DNA of 64,000 nt. It comes from Bacillota bacterium (lineage in GTDB: Bacteria; Bacillota; UBA5301; JAMCQP01). Shown here in pieces: positions 16,892-26,737 of the stretch (positions are counted from its first letter, which is position 1; each line of letters begins with the position of its first letter). Position numbers and translations under genes: made by a program. A model generated the notes under the pieces. That model did not search any database and was not told the origin of the DNA. It saw nothing but the letters and a program-made list of their open reading frames with translations. The stretch covers positions 2,151 to 66,150 of the forward strand of contig JAMCQP010000039.1 of the NCBI GenBank assembly GCA_023381695.1, in the 5' to 3' direction.

Positions 16892-18439
16892 GTGAATATG
16901 ATTAATTGGCTAGTTTACGTGGCAATAGCGGTTGGAACTGGCCTGCTTTTCAGCCTTGGACAAGCCTGGCGCCAGCGAGTCGCGCGGGAAAAATTGGCCT
17001 CGGCCGATGAAGCTGCCAGAAAGATTATTGATGAAGCCACCCGCGAGGCCGAAAGCAAGAAGCGAGAAGCTTTGCTGGAGGCCAAAGAGGAGCTTCTTCG
17101 GGGCAGAAACGAACTGGATCGGGAAATCCGCGACAGGCGCAACGAGCTGCAAAAGATGGAAAAGCGGCTCATGCAAAAAGAGGAGTCTCTAGACCGGAAA
17201 AGCGACGCCCTTGAAAAGAAGGAAGCCGGCCTGCAACGTCGTGAAGACGAGATCACCAAGATGCAGGAGGATCTGGCGCAACTCCACGCCCAGCAGCGGG
17301 CGGAATTGGAGCGCCTGTCCGGTTTGACCTCGGAGGAGGCCCGGCAGCTCCTGCTCAAGGACATCGAAAATGAAGTCAAATACGATGCAGCAATGCTGAT
17401 CAAGGAAGTTGAAACCCAGGCCAGGGAAGAGGCCGAAAAACGTGCCAGGGATATCATCTCCCTGGCCATCCAGCGTTTTGCGGCGGACCATGTGGCCGAG
17501 ACCACGGTTTCCGTGGTGGCTTTGCCCAATGACGAGATGAAAGGGCGAATTATCGGGCGTGAGGGGCGAAATATTCGTACCCTGGAGACTTTGACCGGTA
17601 TTGACCTGATTATCGATGATACCCCGGAAGCCGTGATTCTGTCCGGATTTGACCCGGTACGCAGAGAGGTCGCCCGGATTGCCCTGGAAAAACTGATCAT
17701 TGACGGCCGGATTCATCCGGCTCGCATCGAAGAGATGGTGGCCAAAGCTGAAAAAGAGGTGGAAAACGCCATTCGCGAGGCCGGCGAGCAGGCGACCTTT
17801 GACACGGGCGTGCACGGCCTGCACCCCGAGCTGGTCAAACTGCTCGGGAGGCTTCGCTACCGCACCAGCTACGGCCAGAACGTACTCAAACATTCACTGG
17901 AGGTTGCTTACCTGGCGGGGGTGATGGCCGCCGAACTAGGTGTGGATGCCGTCCTTGCCAAACGTGCCGGACTTTTGCATGACATCGGCAAAGCAGTGGA
18001 TCATCAAATAGAAGGGTCCCATGTTCAAATCGGCGTTGAAATCCTGCGCCGGTATCGCGAGGCGCCGGCCGTTATACACGCCGTCGCCGCCCATCATGGC
18101 GACGAAGAGGCCAGGAGCGTGGAAGCGGTACTGGTGGCCGCGGCGGATGCTATTTCCGCGGCCAGGCCCGGAGCCAGGCGTGAAACCCTGGAAGCCTATA
18201 TCAAGAGGCTGGAAAAACTTGAAGAGATTGCCGACTCCTTTGAAGGAGTGGAGAAGGCTTACGCCATTCAAGCCGGCCGGGAGATCCGCATTATGGTTAA
18301 ACCCGACCGGATCGACGATCTGATGGCCGCACGCGTGGCTCGCGATATTGTCAAAAAGATTGAAGAGGAAATGGAGTATCCTGGTCAGATCAAGGTCACG
18401 GTGATCCGCGAAACGCGGGTAGTGGATTACGCAAAATAG
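16892..18439 (+). CDS. rny: Ribonuclease Y
   Basis: N-terminal TM helix, coiled-coil, KH domain ([12 protein letters not shown]), HD domain (LLHDIGKA). ATG 16898 is the likelier start. Confidence 0.95.
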   Translation: MNMINWLVYVAIAVGTGLLFSLGQAWRQRVAREKLASADEAARKIIDEATREAESKKREALLEAKEELLRGRNELDREIRDRRNELQKMEKRLMQKEESLDRKSDALEKKEAGLQRREDEITKMQEDLAQLHAQQRAELERLSGLTSEEARQLLLKDIENEVKYDAAMLIKEVETQAREEAEKRARDIISLAIQRFAADHVAETTVSVVALPNDEMKGRIIGREGRNIRTLETLTGIDLIIDDTPEAVILSGFDPVRREVARIALEKLIIDGRIHPARIEEMVAKAEKEVENAIREAGEQATFDTGVHGLHPELVKLLGRLRYRTSYGQNVLKHSLEVAYLAGVMAAELGVDAVLAKRAGLLHDIGKAVDHQIEGSHVQIGVEILRRYREAPAVIHAVAAHHGDEEARSVEAVLVAAADAISAARPGARRETLEAYIKRLEKLEEIADSFEGVEKAYAIQAGREIRIMVKPDRIDDLMAARVARDIVKKIEEEMEYPGQIKVTVIRETRVVDYAK

Positions 18440-18453
18440 GTGGTTGCAGAAGA

Positions 18454-18487
18454 CCGGGTGCCATCGTGGTGATGGCCCCGGTTTTTT
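18454..18487 (+). terminator. Rho-independent terminator after rny
   Basis: 11-bp GC-rich stem with one bulge (18454-18481) followed by TTTTTT. Confidence 0.7.
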
Positions 18488-18583
18488 AGTGGAAATTGCT
18501 GGTCCCCCGCAAATTTAGCGCCTTATCGGCAGGAAAACCAGTGCCGATGGAGAAAATGAAGACGAAGGGAAGGTGAACCCGCC

Positions 18584-19153
18584 ATGAAGAAGAGGACAGC
18601 GCACATTCATACGCCGGAAATTGTGGAAAGCGACAAGACCCAAAACAGCATTGGTCTTTTAATCTCCATCCTCGTGCGGTACCCGGAGGTGGGCACCATC
18701 AAATACGAGCCGGACCAGAAGGTGCTGAAGTTCACCTTTATCTTGAATAAGCGCCTGGGTTCCGAGCGTTTCAGGATCTTTACCAGAAAACTTGAGGAGA
18801 GCCTGGGAGCGCTGGCGGTGGTAACCCAGCGCGAGCTGGCGCTGGTTGCCGTGGAACGGTTTGATTACAAGCAATTCACCCTGATTGAGGTAAAGCGCGA
18901 CGTGGAAAGCCTCTCACAGGAGGAGATCTCCCTTTTGAGCAGCCTGGCTCGTGATTATTTCGGAAACAGCCTGGTCATGGAGGGCAACGAGCCCATCCAG
19001 GAAGAGGACCTGCTCTTGCAGGAAGAGCTTATCGACCACATGCTCGAAGACATCAAGGAAAACCTTGTGGAAAAGGATTTGATCGGCTTCAGGGAGGAGG
19101 GCCGGGTCTTCGTCTTCAATAAAAACGACGCCTGGCGCGATCCCAAAAATTAA
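18584..19153 (+). CDS. Hypothetical acidic protein (no family recognised)
   Basis: 189-aa ORF with GAAGG SD-like sequence upstream, between rny and the ymdB-like gene. Composition looks coding. Confidence 0.5.
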   Translation: MKKRTAHIHTPEIVESDKTQNSIGLLISILVRYPEVGTIKYEPDQKVLKFTFILNKRLGSERFRIFTRKLEESLGALAVVTQRELALVAVERFDYKQFTLIEVKRDVESLSQEEISLLSSLARDYFGNSLVMEGNEPIQEEDLLLQEELIDHMLEDIKENLVEKDLIGFREEGRVFVFNKNDAWRDPKN

Positions 19154-19298
19154 GAATCTTGGCAGGACATCTTTTAAGAATGGAGAATTACAGCCGCAGA
19201 TCTTTCTGCGGTTGTGGTTTGTCGGGGGTTCTCTCCTCAACAACCGTATTTTTGGGGGGAGATCGGGCAGCCTTTATAAAAACGGAGGAACCCACGAA

Positions 19299-20099
19299 TT
19301 GAAGAATTTTCTTCGCATCCTTTGCATTGGAGATATCGTCGGGAAGCCGGGCCGCCGGGCTGTCCGGTCCCTTTTGCCAGGCATAAAAGAACGTTATGGC
19401 GTGGACATGACCATTGCCAATGCAGAGAACGCCGCCGGAGGGATGGGCGTCACCGAGGAAGTGGTTCGGGAGTTGCGGCAGGCCGGTATAGATCTCTTCA
19501 CCACCGGAAATCATGTCTGGGACAAGAAGGAGACCCTGGACTTCATTGATCGGACCCCGGATCTCTTGCGGCCCGCCAACTACCCGCCGGGCGCCCCGGG
19601 TAAAGGAAGTTGTCTTTACAAGCTCAGCGAGACGGTGCAGGTCGGCGTGGTCAATCTTTCCGGAAGGGTTTTTCTCAAGGATCTGGACTGCCCGTTTCGG
19701 ATGGCCGAACAGCTGATCAAGCCCCTGGCCAGCCAAACCGCCGTGATCGTCATGGATTTTCACGCGGAAGCCACCTCGGAAAAAGTGGCCATGGGGTGGT
19801 TCGTGGATGGAAAAGTGAGCGCCGTGGTGGGCACACATACCCATGTTCAGACCGCCGACGAACGGGTGCTGCCGGCCGGCACGGCTTACATAACCGATCT
19901 GGGCATGACGGGGCCCATCGACTCGGTTCTCGGCATGGACACCGGCATAGTCCTCAATCACTTTCTGACTCAATTACCGGCAAAATTTGAGGTGGCAAAA
20001 CATAATCTGGTCTTGCAGGGCGTTCTCCTGGAAATTGATCTGATTACCGGCAAAGCCAGGCATATCGAAAGAATCAATGAACATTTATTGGAAAACTAG
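19299..20099 (+). CDS. ymdB: YmdB-family 2',3'-cyclic-nucleotide phosphodiesterase (TIGR00282 metallophosphoesterase)
   Basis: LRILCIGDIVGKPGRRAV, NAENAAGG, GNHVWD, VGTHTHVQTAD. TTG 19299 after GGAGGA is preferred over the upstream ATG 19212. Confidence 0.85.
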   Translation: MKNFLRILCIGDIVGKPGRRAVRSLLPGIKERYGVDMTIANAENAAGGMGVTEEVVRELRQAGIDLFTTGNHVWDKKETLDFIDRTPDLLRPANYPPGAPGKGSCLYKLSETVQVGVVNLSGRVFLKDLDCPFRMAEQLIKPLASQTAVIVMDFHAEATSEKVAMGWFVDGKVSAVVGTHTHVQTADERVLPAGTAYITDLGMTGPIDSVLGMDTGIVLNHFLTQLPAKFEVAKHNLVLQGVLLEIDLITGKARHIERINEHLLEN

Positions 20100-20217
20100 T
20101 CTCTTGAAAAAGAGGAATTTTAGTTAACCCAGATAATACATTATGGTGTGGGATGCAAAGGTAAGAATGCCATGAAGTGTTGGGAGCAACCGTGAAAAGA
20201 AGGGGGATAGCTTGCAC

Positions 20218-20478
20218 ATGGAAGTACTGAAGGTTTCAGCAAAGTCAAACCCTAACTCTGTGGCGGGAGCTTTGGCTGGCGTCCTCAGAGAGCGCGGGGG
20301 AGCAGAAATTCAGGCAATTGGAGCCGGCGCGATAAATCAGGCAGTAAAGGCAGTAGCGATCGCCCGAGGATTTGTGGCGCCCAGTGGGGTCGATCTGATC
20401 TGCATCCCGGCCTTTACGGACATCATGATCGATGGTGAAGAGCGAACGGCCATCAAGTTGATCGTTCAGCCGAGGTAA
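20218..20478 (+). CDS. spoVS: Stage V sporulation protein S
   Basis: MEVLKVSAKSNPNSVAGALAGVLRE...AINQAVKAVAIARGF, near-canonical SpoVS. Confidence 0.9.
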   Translation: MEVLKVSAKSNPNSVAGALAGVLRERGGAEIQAIGAGAINQAVKAVAIARGFVAPSGVDLICIPAFTDIMIDGEERTAIKLIVQPR

Positions 20479-20522
20479 TCTTGCACTGATTTGTGCCTCT
20501 TTTCATTTGCGCTTTACTGCTG

Positions 20523-20558
20523 GCCTGTCTTCTCTCTTGAGGAGACAGGCTAAATTTT
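20523..20558 (+). terminator. Terminator-like hairpin after spoVS
   Basis: GCCTGTCTtCTC...GAGGAGACAGGC stem followed by TAAATTTT. Confidence 0.45.
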
Positions 20559-20577
20559 GATCTGGGAGGAAAGAAGC

Positions 20578-21585
20578 ATGTCCACAGACGATCTTGCCGC
20601 AAAAATCCACCGCGGGGCCATGGTGGTCGACGCTCATGCCGACACACTGGCGGAGGTCGCGCATGGAGCTTTTGCGCTTGGCCGGGAAAACCAGGTCGGC
20701 CACTGGGATATCCCCCGGGCAAGGCTGGGAAATGTCGGGGTGCAGTTCTTTACCGTTACAGACTTTGCGCCACATGTCCCCCGGGCCATGGAACTGGTGG
20801 ACTTCGCCTACCGCCAGATTGCAGCCTTTCCGGAAGATCTGAGGCTGATCACCAGGTATGAAGACATCTTGGACGCCCGCAATGAAGGGAAGATCGGGAT
20901 GCTGCTCTCCATTGAGGGCGGGGAGGCGCTGGGCGGGGAGCTTGGCCTGCTGCGCAACTTCCACCGCCTGGGGGTCCGGGCGATGGGCCTTACCTGGAAC
21001 CGGCGCAATGAACTGGCCGACGGGGTTTTGGACGCCCGGAGCAAGGGAGGCCTGTCGGAGTTTGGGGCGCAGGTTGTTGCGGAGATGGAGTCGCTCGGCA
21101 TGCTGGTAGACGTCTCGCATCTTTCCGAGCCCGGCTTCTGGGACGTGGACGCCATCGCAAACAGGCCGTATATCGCCTCGCATTCCAACGCCAGGGCCTT
21201 ATGCGATCACCCGCGCAATCTGACCGATTCACAGATCAGAGCCATCGCCGCCAGGGGCGGCGTAATTGGGATAAATTTCTGCCCGGAGTTTCTTTCCGAA
21301 GAGGGCAACGCCACCATTGAGGACGTCATCTCCCATATCGATTATATCGCCCGCCTGGCGGGCGTTGAGCATGTCGGGCTGGGCAGCGATTTTGACGGCA
21401 TCAGCCACACGCCAAAAGGCCTGGAGAGCGTCGCCAGGCTTCCCCAGATCACCCGGGAGCTCCTGGGGCGTGGTTACGGCGAGGATGCCATCCTGGCCAT
21501 TTTGGGCGGGAACTTTCTACGGGTTCTGGAAGCCTGTATGAAACCGGCGGCGGCCGCGCATAATATCCCCAGCACCCATCAGTGA
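20578..21585 (+). CDS. Membrane dipeptidase (peptidase family M19)
   Basis: VVDAHADTL, SIEGGEAL, DVSHLS, GLGSDFDG motifs. GGGAGGA SD lies before ATG 20578. Confidence 0.85.
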   Translation: MSTDDLAAKIHRGAMVVDAHADTLAEVAHGAFALGRENQVGHWDIPRARLGNVGVQFFTVTDFAPHVPRAMELVDFAYRQIAAFPEDLRLITRYEDILDARNEGKIGMLLSIEGGEALGGELGLLRNFHRLGVRAMGLTWNRRNELADGVLDARSKGGLSEFGAQVVAEMESLGMLVDVSHLSEPGFWDVDAIANRPYIASHSNARALCDHPRNLTDSQIRAIAARGGVIGINFCPEFLSEEGNATIEDVISHIDYIARLAGVEHVGLGSDFDGISHTPKGLESVARLPQITRELLGRGYGEDAILAILGGNFLRVLEACMKPAAAAHNIPSTHQ

Positions 21586-21598
21586 AGGAGGAGTACAA

Positions 21599-21808
21599 TT
21601 GACTGTGGTCAAGGTGATCGAGGTATTGGGCGAATCAACCGAAGGATGGCAGGAAGCCGTGGAAAATGCCGTCCACGAGGCAACCAGGACCATCCACAAT
21701 ATCAGCGGCGTGGAGGTTTTGAATCTTACCGCCAACGTAAAAGAGGACCAGATCGTGGAATATAAAGCCGATGTGCAGATCGCTTTTGCCGTGGACGGAA
21801 AGGATTAG
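21599..21808 (+). CDS. Dodecin-family flavin-binding protein
   Basis: 69 aa. VVKVIEVLGESTEGWQEAVENAV...V..A.V.F fits the dodecin/DUF1458 pattern. Confidence 0.75.
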   Translation: MTVVKVIEVLGESTEGWQEAVENAVHEATRTIHNISGVEVLNLTANVKEDQIVEYKADVQIAFAVDGKD

Positions 21809-21913
21809 GGTCGCTACCCACAGACAAAGGGTCGCTTTTGATGACCATCCGGCGTTTGGGACGTAGTGCAAAGGAGAGGCACTGCGTCCTTTGTCACTCA
21901 GGAGGAGAATGAA

Positions 21914-22381
21914 TTGAGCCAATCGCAAGCTCAAAAAAAACAGGAACAAGACGCCTATAAAAAGCTTGCCCAGAAGCATCAGCCGAAACCGCCGTTGCTC
22001 AAGAACGTGATCATGGCCTTTCTGGTAGGCGGGGCCATCTCGGCGGTTGGACAAGCTTTTATCAACTATTTCGCCGCCAGGGGGATGCCCCCCGACAAAG
22101 CCGGCGCCCCGGCGGCAATCGTCATGGTCTTTCTCGGCGCATTGCTCACGGGGCTGGGGGTCTATGATTCCATCGCCAAGGTCGGGGGCGCCGGGGCCGC
22201 CGTTCCGATTACCGGGTACGCCAACTCCATCGTGGCCACGGCCATGGAATTCAAGCGGGAAGGCTGGATCATGGGGATGTCCGCCCGGATGTTCCAGATC
22301 GCGGGACCGGTGATCGTCTATGCGGTGGTCAGCGGCGTGGTGGTGGGGCTGATCCGCTGGTTTCTGGCAGGGGTTCAATAG
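21914..22381 (+). CDS. spoVAC: Stage V sporulation protein AC
   Basis: PLLKNVIMAFLVGGAISAVGQ...ITGYANSIV. TTG 21914 lies 7 nt after AGGAGGA. Confidence 0.85.
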   Translation: MSQSQAQKKQEQDAYKKLAQKHQPKPPLLKNVIMAFLVGGAISAVGQAFINYFAARGMPPDKAGAPAAIVMVFLGALLTGLGVYDSIAKVGGAGAAVPITGYANSIVATAMEFKREGWIMGMSARMFQIAGPVIVYAVVSGVVVGLIRWFLAGVQ

Positions 22382-22395
22382 TAAAGGAGGAGGCC

Positions 22396-23418
22396 ATGCA
22401 GGCCGTACAAACAGCCGCCAAAAAGGTCGGAAAACAGTCCATCGCGTTTCAAAACCCTCCGAAGATCGTCTCGACCTTTAGCATCGTGGGCCCCAAAGAA
22501 GGGCAGGGCCCACTGGGAAAAGATTTCGACACCGTTCTGGACGACAGCTACTATGGCGAAAAAACCTGGGAGAAGACTGAAGCCAAGATGGTCGGGGAAG
22601 CGGTGAACAACGTCATCCAGCGGGCCAATCTCAAGCCAGAGAATATCGACTACGTGCTGGCCGGAGATCTGCTGGATCAGATCATCTCCACCAACTTTGG
22701 GATTCGGGATACGGACATCCCCTTCTTCGGGCTCTACGGCGCCTGTTCCACCATGGCGGAGGCGCTCACCATGGGCGCCATCCTGGTGGACGGCGGCTAC
22801 GCCTCCCGGGTGATTGCCACCGCCTCCAGCCATTTTGATTCCGCGGAACGCCAATACCGTTATCCGGTGGAGCTGGGGGTTCAGCGCAAGCCCACCTCCC
22901 AGTGGACCGTCACGGGCAGCGGGGCGGCGCTGCTGGCCGCCGAAGGACAGGGCCCGCGCATCGTGGGCGCCACGGTCGGGAAGATCGTGGACATGGGGGT
23001 CAAAGATCCCAACAACATGGGTACCGCCATGGCGCCAGCGGCGGCGGATACGATTGCCGCGCACCTTCAGGACTTCGGAAAAAGCCCCCGGGATTACGAC
23101 CTGATCGTCTCCGGCGATCTGGGCGAGATCGGCCTGTCCATCACCAAGGAACTGTTGCAGAAACAAAAGATTGAAATCTCGGACCGGTTCTATGATACCG
23201 GCCTGATGATCTTTGACAGGGCGCAGGGTGTTCAAGCCGGTGCAAGCGGCGCCGGGTGTTCCGCGGTGGTCTTCTCTAGCCACCTGGTCAAAGAGCTTCA
23301 AGCCGGAAAATATAAGAGGATCCTTCTGGTGGGAACGGGGGCGCTTTTAAGCCCGGTGACCTACCAGCAGGGCGAGTCGATTCCCTCAATTGCCCATGCG
23401 GTTTCCGTGGAAATGTGA
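22396..23418 (+). CDS. spoVAD: Stage V sporulation protein AD (thiolase-fold)
   Basis: 340 aa. SIVGPKEGQGPLG..FD and GACSTMAE motifs of SpoVAD. Confidence 0.9.
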   Translation: MQAVQTAAKKVGKQSIAFQNPPKIVSTFSIVGPKEGQGPLGKDFDTVLDDSYYGEKTWEKTEAKMVGEAVNNVIQRANLKPENIDYVLAGDLLDQIISTNFGIRDTDIPFFGLYGACSTMAEALTMGAILVDGGYASRVIATASSHFDSAERQYRYPVELGVQRKPTSQWTVTGSGAALLAAEGQGPRIVGATVGKIVDMGVKDPNNMGTAMAPAAADTIAAHLQDFGKSPRDYDLIVSGDLGEIGLSITKELLQKQKIEISDRFYDTGLMIFDRAQGVQAGASGAGCSAVVFSSHLVKELQAGKYKRILLVGTGALLSPVTYQQGESIPSIAHAVSVEM

Positions 23419-23436
23419 ATAACAAGGAGCGCGAAG

Positions 23437-23787
23437 ATGAGTTACCTGATCGCTTTCGTGGTTGGCGGGCTAATCTGCGCCATCGGCCAGGTGATCCTGG
23501 ACAGGACGAAACTTACTCCCGGCCACGTGATGGTCATTATGGTGGTTTCGGGGGCGATTCTGGCGGGGTTTGGCCTGTACCAGCCCCTGGTGAAGTTTGC
23601 CGGGGCAGGCGCCGCCATTCCGGTTTCCAATTTCGGCTATGTGATTGTGGAAGGAGTCCTGCGGGAACTCAAGATGCAAGGAGCCTTTGGCGCTCTGACA
23701 GGCGTTTTCGAGCTGGCCGGAAGCGTGATCGCCGCCTCCATCTTCTTTGGATTCATCTTCGCCGCGTTCTTCAGGCCAAAAAGTTGA
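23437..23787 (+). CDS. spoVAEB: Stage V sporulation protein AE, membrane part (SpoVAEb)
   Basis: 116 aa, SpoVAC/AEb-type membrane protein (FVVGGLICAIGQVILD...). Confidence 0.85.
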   Translation: MSYLIAFVVGGLICAIGQVILDRTKLTPGHVMVIMVVSGAILAGFGLYQPLVKFAGAGAAIPVSNFGYVIVEGVLRELKMQGAFGALTGVFELAGSVIAASIFFGFIFAAFFRPKS

Positions 23788-23799
23788 CGAGGTGAAGAG

Positions 23800-24396
23800 A
23801 TGGGGCGAAAAAGACTGGTAATCCTGGTCACCGACGGTGACGGGGCGGCTCGGGCAGCGGTGGAGTGCGCGGCAAAGAATGTCGGCGGCAGGACGATCTC
23901 CCTCTCGGCCGGAAATCCAACCCCTCTTTCGGGCCGGGAGATCGTCCGGGAGATCAATAAGGCCGCGGATGAACCGGTGCTGGTCATGGTTGACGATCGA
24001 GGCGCACGCGACAAGGGCGCCGGAGAAAGCGCCCTGGAGGAGATCGCCAGGAGCCCCGACATCGAGATCCTGGGGGTGATCGCGGTGGCCTCGGACACCA
24101 GAAAGGTCGAGGGCGTGCCGGTGAATATCTCCATTGACAGAGACGGCGAGATTGTTCCCCGGCCGGTGGACAAACGGGGCAGGCCGGAAAAACCGGGGAG
24201 AGCCAAGGTGGAGGGCGACACGGTGGATATCTTAAACCGCCTGGATGTCCCCATGGTGGTCGGCCTGGGAGATCCGGGAAAGATGGGCGACGCTGATTCG
24301 GCAAGAAACGGAGCCCCGATTACCACCAGGGCGGTTCGCTACATCCTGGAAAACAGCCGTGCGATGGAGGGGAAAGAGAACGGTTCGGGAGGTTGA
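23800..24396 (+). CDS. spoVAEA: Stage V sporulation protein AE, soluble part (SpoVAEa-like)
   Basis: LVILVTDGDGAARAAVECAAKNVGGRTISLSAGNPTPLSG...VLVMVDD resembles B. subtilis SpoVAEa. The AEb-AEa order is conserved. Confidence 0.7.
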   Translation: MGRKRLVILVTDGDGAARAAVECAAKNVGGRTISLSAGNPTPLSGREIVREINKAADEPVLVMVDDRGARDKGAGESALEEIARSPDIEILGVIAVASDTRKVEGVPVNISIDRDGEIVPRPVDKRGRPEKPGRAKVEGDTVDILNRLDVPMVVGLGDPGKMGDADSARNGAPITTRAVRYILENSRAMEGKENGSGG

Positions 24397-24400
24397 CGTT

Positions 24401-25516
24401 ATGCCGCACAAGGTCGGGATTCCCCGGGCCCTTGTGTATTACAACTACTTTCCATGGTGGCGGGGTTTTTTCGAGGCCCTGGAGGCCGAGGTGGTGGTCT
24501 CCGGCGAGACGACCAAACAGACCCTGGATCACGGGGTGCGCCTGGCCGTGGACGAAGCCTGCTTGCCGGTCAAGGTCTTTTTCGGGCATGTTCTGGAGCT
24601 GAGCCGCCAGAAGGTCGATTTCATCTTTGTGCCCCGGATCGTCAGCGTGGAACGCAAAGCCTTTATCTGCCCCAAGTTCATGGGCCTGCCGGACATGGTC
24701 CGCAATGCGATCCCGGATCTTCCGTCGCTCATCGACGTTACCGTGGATCTGCGGCACCGGCCGAAAAGGCGGTTGTGGAAAGCCGCCCGGCAGGTTGGAA
24801 GACAGCTGGGAGCCAGCCCTTTTCGGGTAATCCGGGCGGTCTTTGGCGCCCAGAAGCGCCAGCGCGTCTTTCAAGATCTCCTGGTAAAACAGCTTACCCC
24901 GCCCGAGGCCCTGGCGGCGATGGAGGGGAAGAGCCGGCCAGAAGGCTCGGGAAAAGCCTTGAGCGGCAAGGCTGCCGAAAACAGGGACAACTGGCTTCCA
25001 CAGGAATATCCAGGCGCAAAGAGGCTTAAGGTGGCGGTCCTGGGCCACTCGTACAACATCTACGACCAGCTTGCCAGTCAAAATGTGATCCGCCGGCTGC
25101 GCGAGATGGGCGTCCAGGTGGTCACCGCGGACATGCTCCCTGCACCGCTCATCCGGGCCGGAAACCAAAAGCTTGCCAAACCGCTCTTCTGGACCTTCGG
25201 CAAGAAGATCGCCGGGGCGGCCTTTCACTGGCTGGGGAACGGAGGGGTGGACGGCATTGTCCACCTGGTCTCCTTTGGATGCGGGCCGGACTCCATGGTC
25301 GGCGAACTCGTGCAAAGGGAGGCCTGGCGTGGCAAGACCACGCCCTTTATGCTCCTGACCCTGGACGAGCATACCGGGGAAAGCGGGATTGTGACAAGGC
25401 TGGAGGCTTTTGTGGACATGCTCCGCCACCGGATGAGCCTGAAGGAAAAAGGCCATCCGGGGGAACAAGGAAACCCCGGGGGAGAAGACAAACCCCTTCA
25501 AAAGGGAGGCGTTTGA
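24401..25516 (+). CDS. Acyl-CoA dehydratase activase-related protein (DUF2229/COG3580-3581 type), no ATPase domain
   Basis: MPHKVGIPRALVYYNYFPWW..FF..L......DEACLPVK...FICPKFMGLPD pattern. ATG 24401 is preferred over the long upstream ORF, which overlaps spoVAEA. Confidence 0.6.
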   Translation: MPHKVGIPRALVYYNYFPWWRGFFEALEAEVVVSGETTKQTLDHGVRLAVDEACLPVKVFFGHVLELSRQKVDFIFVPRIVSVERKAFICPKFMGLPDMVRNAIPDLPSLIDVTVDLRHRPKRRLWKAARQVGRQLGASPFRVIRAVFGAQKRQRVFQDLLVKQLTPPEALAAMEGKSRPEGSGKALSGKAAENRDNWLPQEYPGAKRLKVAVLGHSYNIYDQLASQNVIRRLREMGVQVVTADMLPAPLIRAGNQKLAKPLFWTFGKKIAGAAFHWLGNGGVDGIVHLVSFGCGPDSMVGELVQREAWRGKTTPFMLLTLDEHTGESGIVTRLEAFVDMLRHRMSLKEKGHPGEQGNPGGEDKPLQKGGV

Positions 25517-25547
25517 TCTGGGCAACAAGAAGGTTACTTTTCCACAC

Positions 25548-26660
25548 ATGGGGACGCTGTATATCCCCATCAAGGCCCTGTTTGAGAATCTGGGGCTTTC
25601 AGTGGTGATCCCGCCGCCTCCCAGCAAGCGCACCCTGGCGCTGGGCGGCCGTTATGCTCCCGAATTCGCCTGCCTGCCCATGAAGCTGAACATCGGCAAC
25701 TACCTGGAAGCCCTGGAAGCCGGCGCCGAGGTGATTATCATGGGCGGCGGCACCGGGCCGTGCCGGTTCGGTTACTACGCCCAGGTGCAAAACGAGATTC
25801 TCAAGGACCTCGGCTACCAGTTCGAGATGATCGTGCTGGAACCCCCGCAAGGCCATGTGCTTGAGCTATACCGCAAGATCCGGGAACTGGTCGGCTCCCT
25901 TTCCCTGCGGGACCTCAAATACGCCATCCAGCTGGCCTGGGATAAGGTTCTGGCCATCGACCGGCTGCAAGTGGAGGTGCATCGCCTGGCCGGAAGGGAA
26001 GTGGAGAGAGGAAGGGTAAACCGGGAGTTTGAAGCCGGGCTGGGCGCCATCGATCGGGCCAATAGTTTCGCGGCGATTCGCCAGGCGGCGGAGGAGTCCC
26101 TTCTGAAGCTCAAGGCCGTAAAAGTGCGCCCTCCCGCCCAGAAGCCTCTGCGGGTTGGAATCATCGGCGAGATCTACATGGTGCTGGAGCCCTTCGCCAA
26201 CCTGGAGGTGGAAAAACACCTTGCAGAGATGGGGGTGGAGGTGGTGCGCAAGATCTTCCTGGGCGAATGGGTCCGGGATCACCTCTTCTTGAACCCCTTC
26301 CGCCTGGGGCGGGAGCGGGCCAGGCTGCTCAAGCTGGCCCGCCCGTATCTTGGCCATTTTGTGGGCGGCCATGGCCTGGAAACCATTGCTAACACCGTCG
26401 AGATGGCCGGGGAAGGGGTGGACGGGGTGATCCAGATTGCGCCTTTCACCTGCATGCCGGAGATCGTGGCGGAATCCATCCTGCCCAGGGTCAGCCAGGA
26501 CCACGGAATCCCTTCCCTGACGCTTTATCTTGACGAACAATCCGGCGAGGCGGGATTGCTCACCCGGCTGGAGGCGTTTGTGGATCTCTTGCGCCGACGC
26601 AACCTTGCCCCGCTCAACGCCAACCTGCATCGAGCGCCGATTGACCGCCAATTCCATTGA
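25548..26660 (+). CDS. Acyl-CoA dehydratase activase-related protein (DUF2229 type), second member
   Basis: YAPEFACLPMKLNIGNYLEALEAGA....GGGTGPCRFGYY and ...APFTCMPE motifs. Confidence 0.6.
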   Translation: MGTLYIPIKALFENLGLSVVIPPPPSKRTLALGGRYAPEFACLPMKLNIGNYLEALEAGAEVIIMGGGTGPCRFGYYAQVQNEILKDLGYQFEMIVLEPPQGHVLELYRKIRELVGSLSLRDLKYAIQLAWDKVLAIDRLQVEVHRLAGREVERGRVNREFEAGLGAIDRANSFAAIRQAAEESLLKLKAVKVRPPAQKPLRVGIIGEIYMVLEPFANLEVEKHLAEMGVEVVRKIFLGEWVRDHLFLNPFRLGRERARLLKLARPYLGHFVGGHGLETIANTVEMAGEGVDGVIQIAPFTCMPEIVAESILPRVSQDHGIPSLTLYLDEQSGEAGLLTRLEAFVDLLRRRNLAPLNANLHRAPIDRQFH

Positions 26661-26737
26661 CGTGGCACCCAAAATATGATACTATGGGAAAAAAGCAAGG
26701 GCGCTTTACGATTGACCGGAAAGGGCGAACTACGTCG

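Noticed and set aside
16915-17700. 261-aa Ser/Arg-rich minus-strand ORF
   Set aside because: Antisense to the coiled-coil (Glu/Lys/Arg-rich) part of rny; a compositional artefact.
20105-20150. Sigma-H promoter for spoVS (AGAGGAATTT ... GATAAT)
   Set aside because: The -35-like AGGAATT is present, but the -10 does not match RGAAT at the proper spacing. Not reported as a feature.
24320-25633. 437-aa minus-strand ORF
   Set aside because: Antisense to the DUF2229-type gene, with no motifs.
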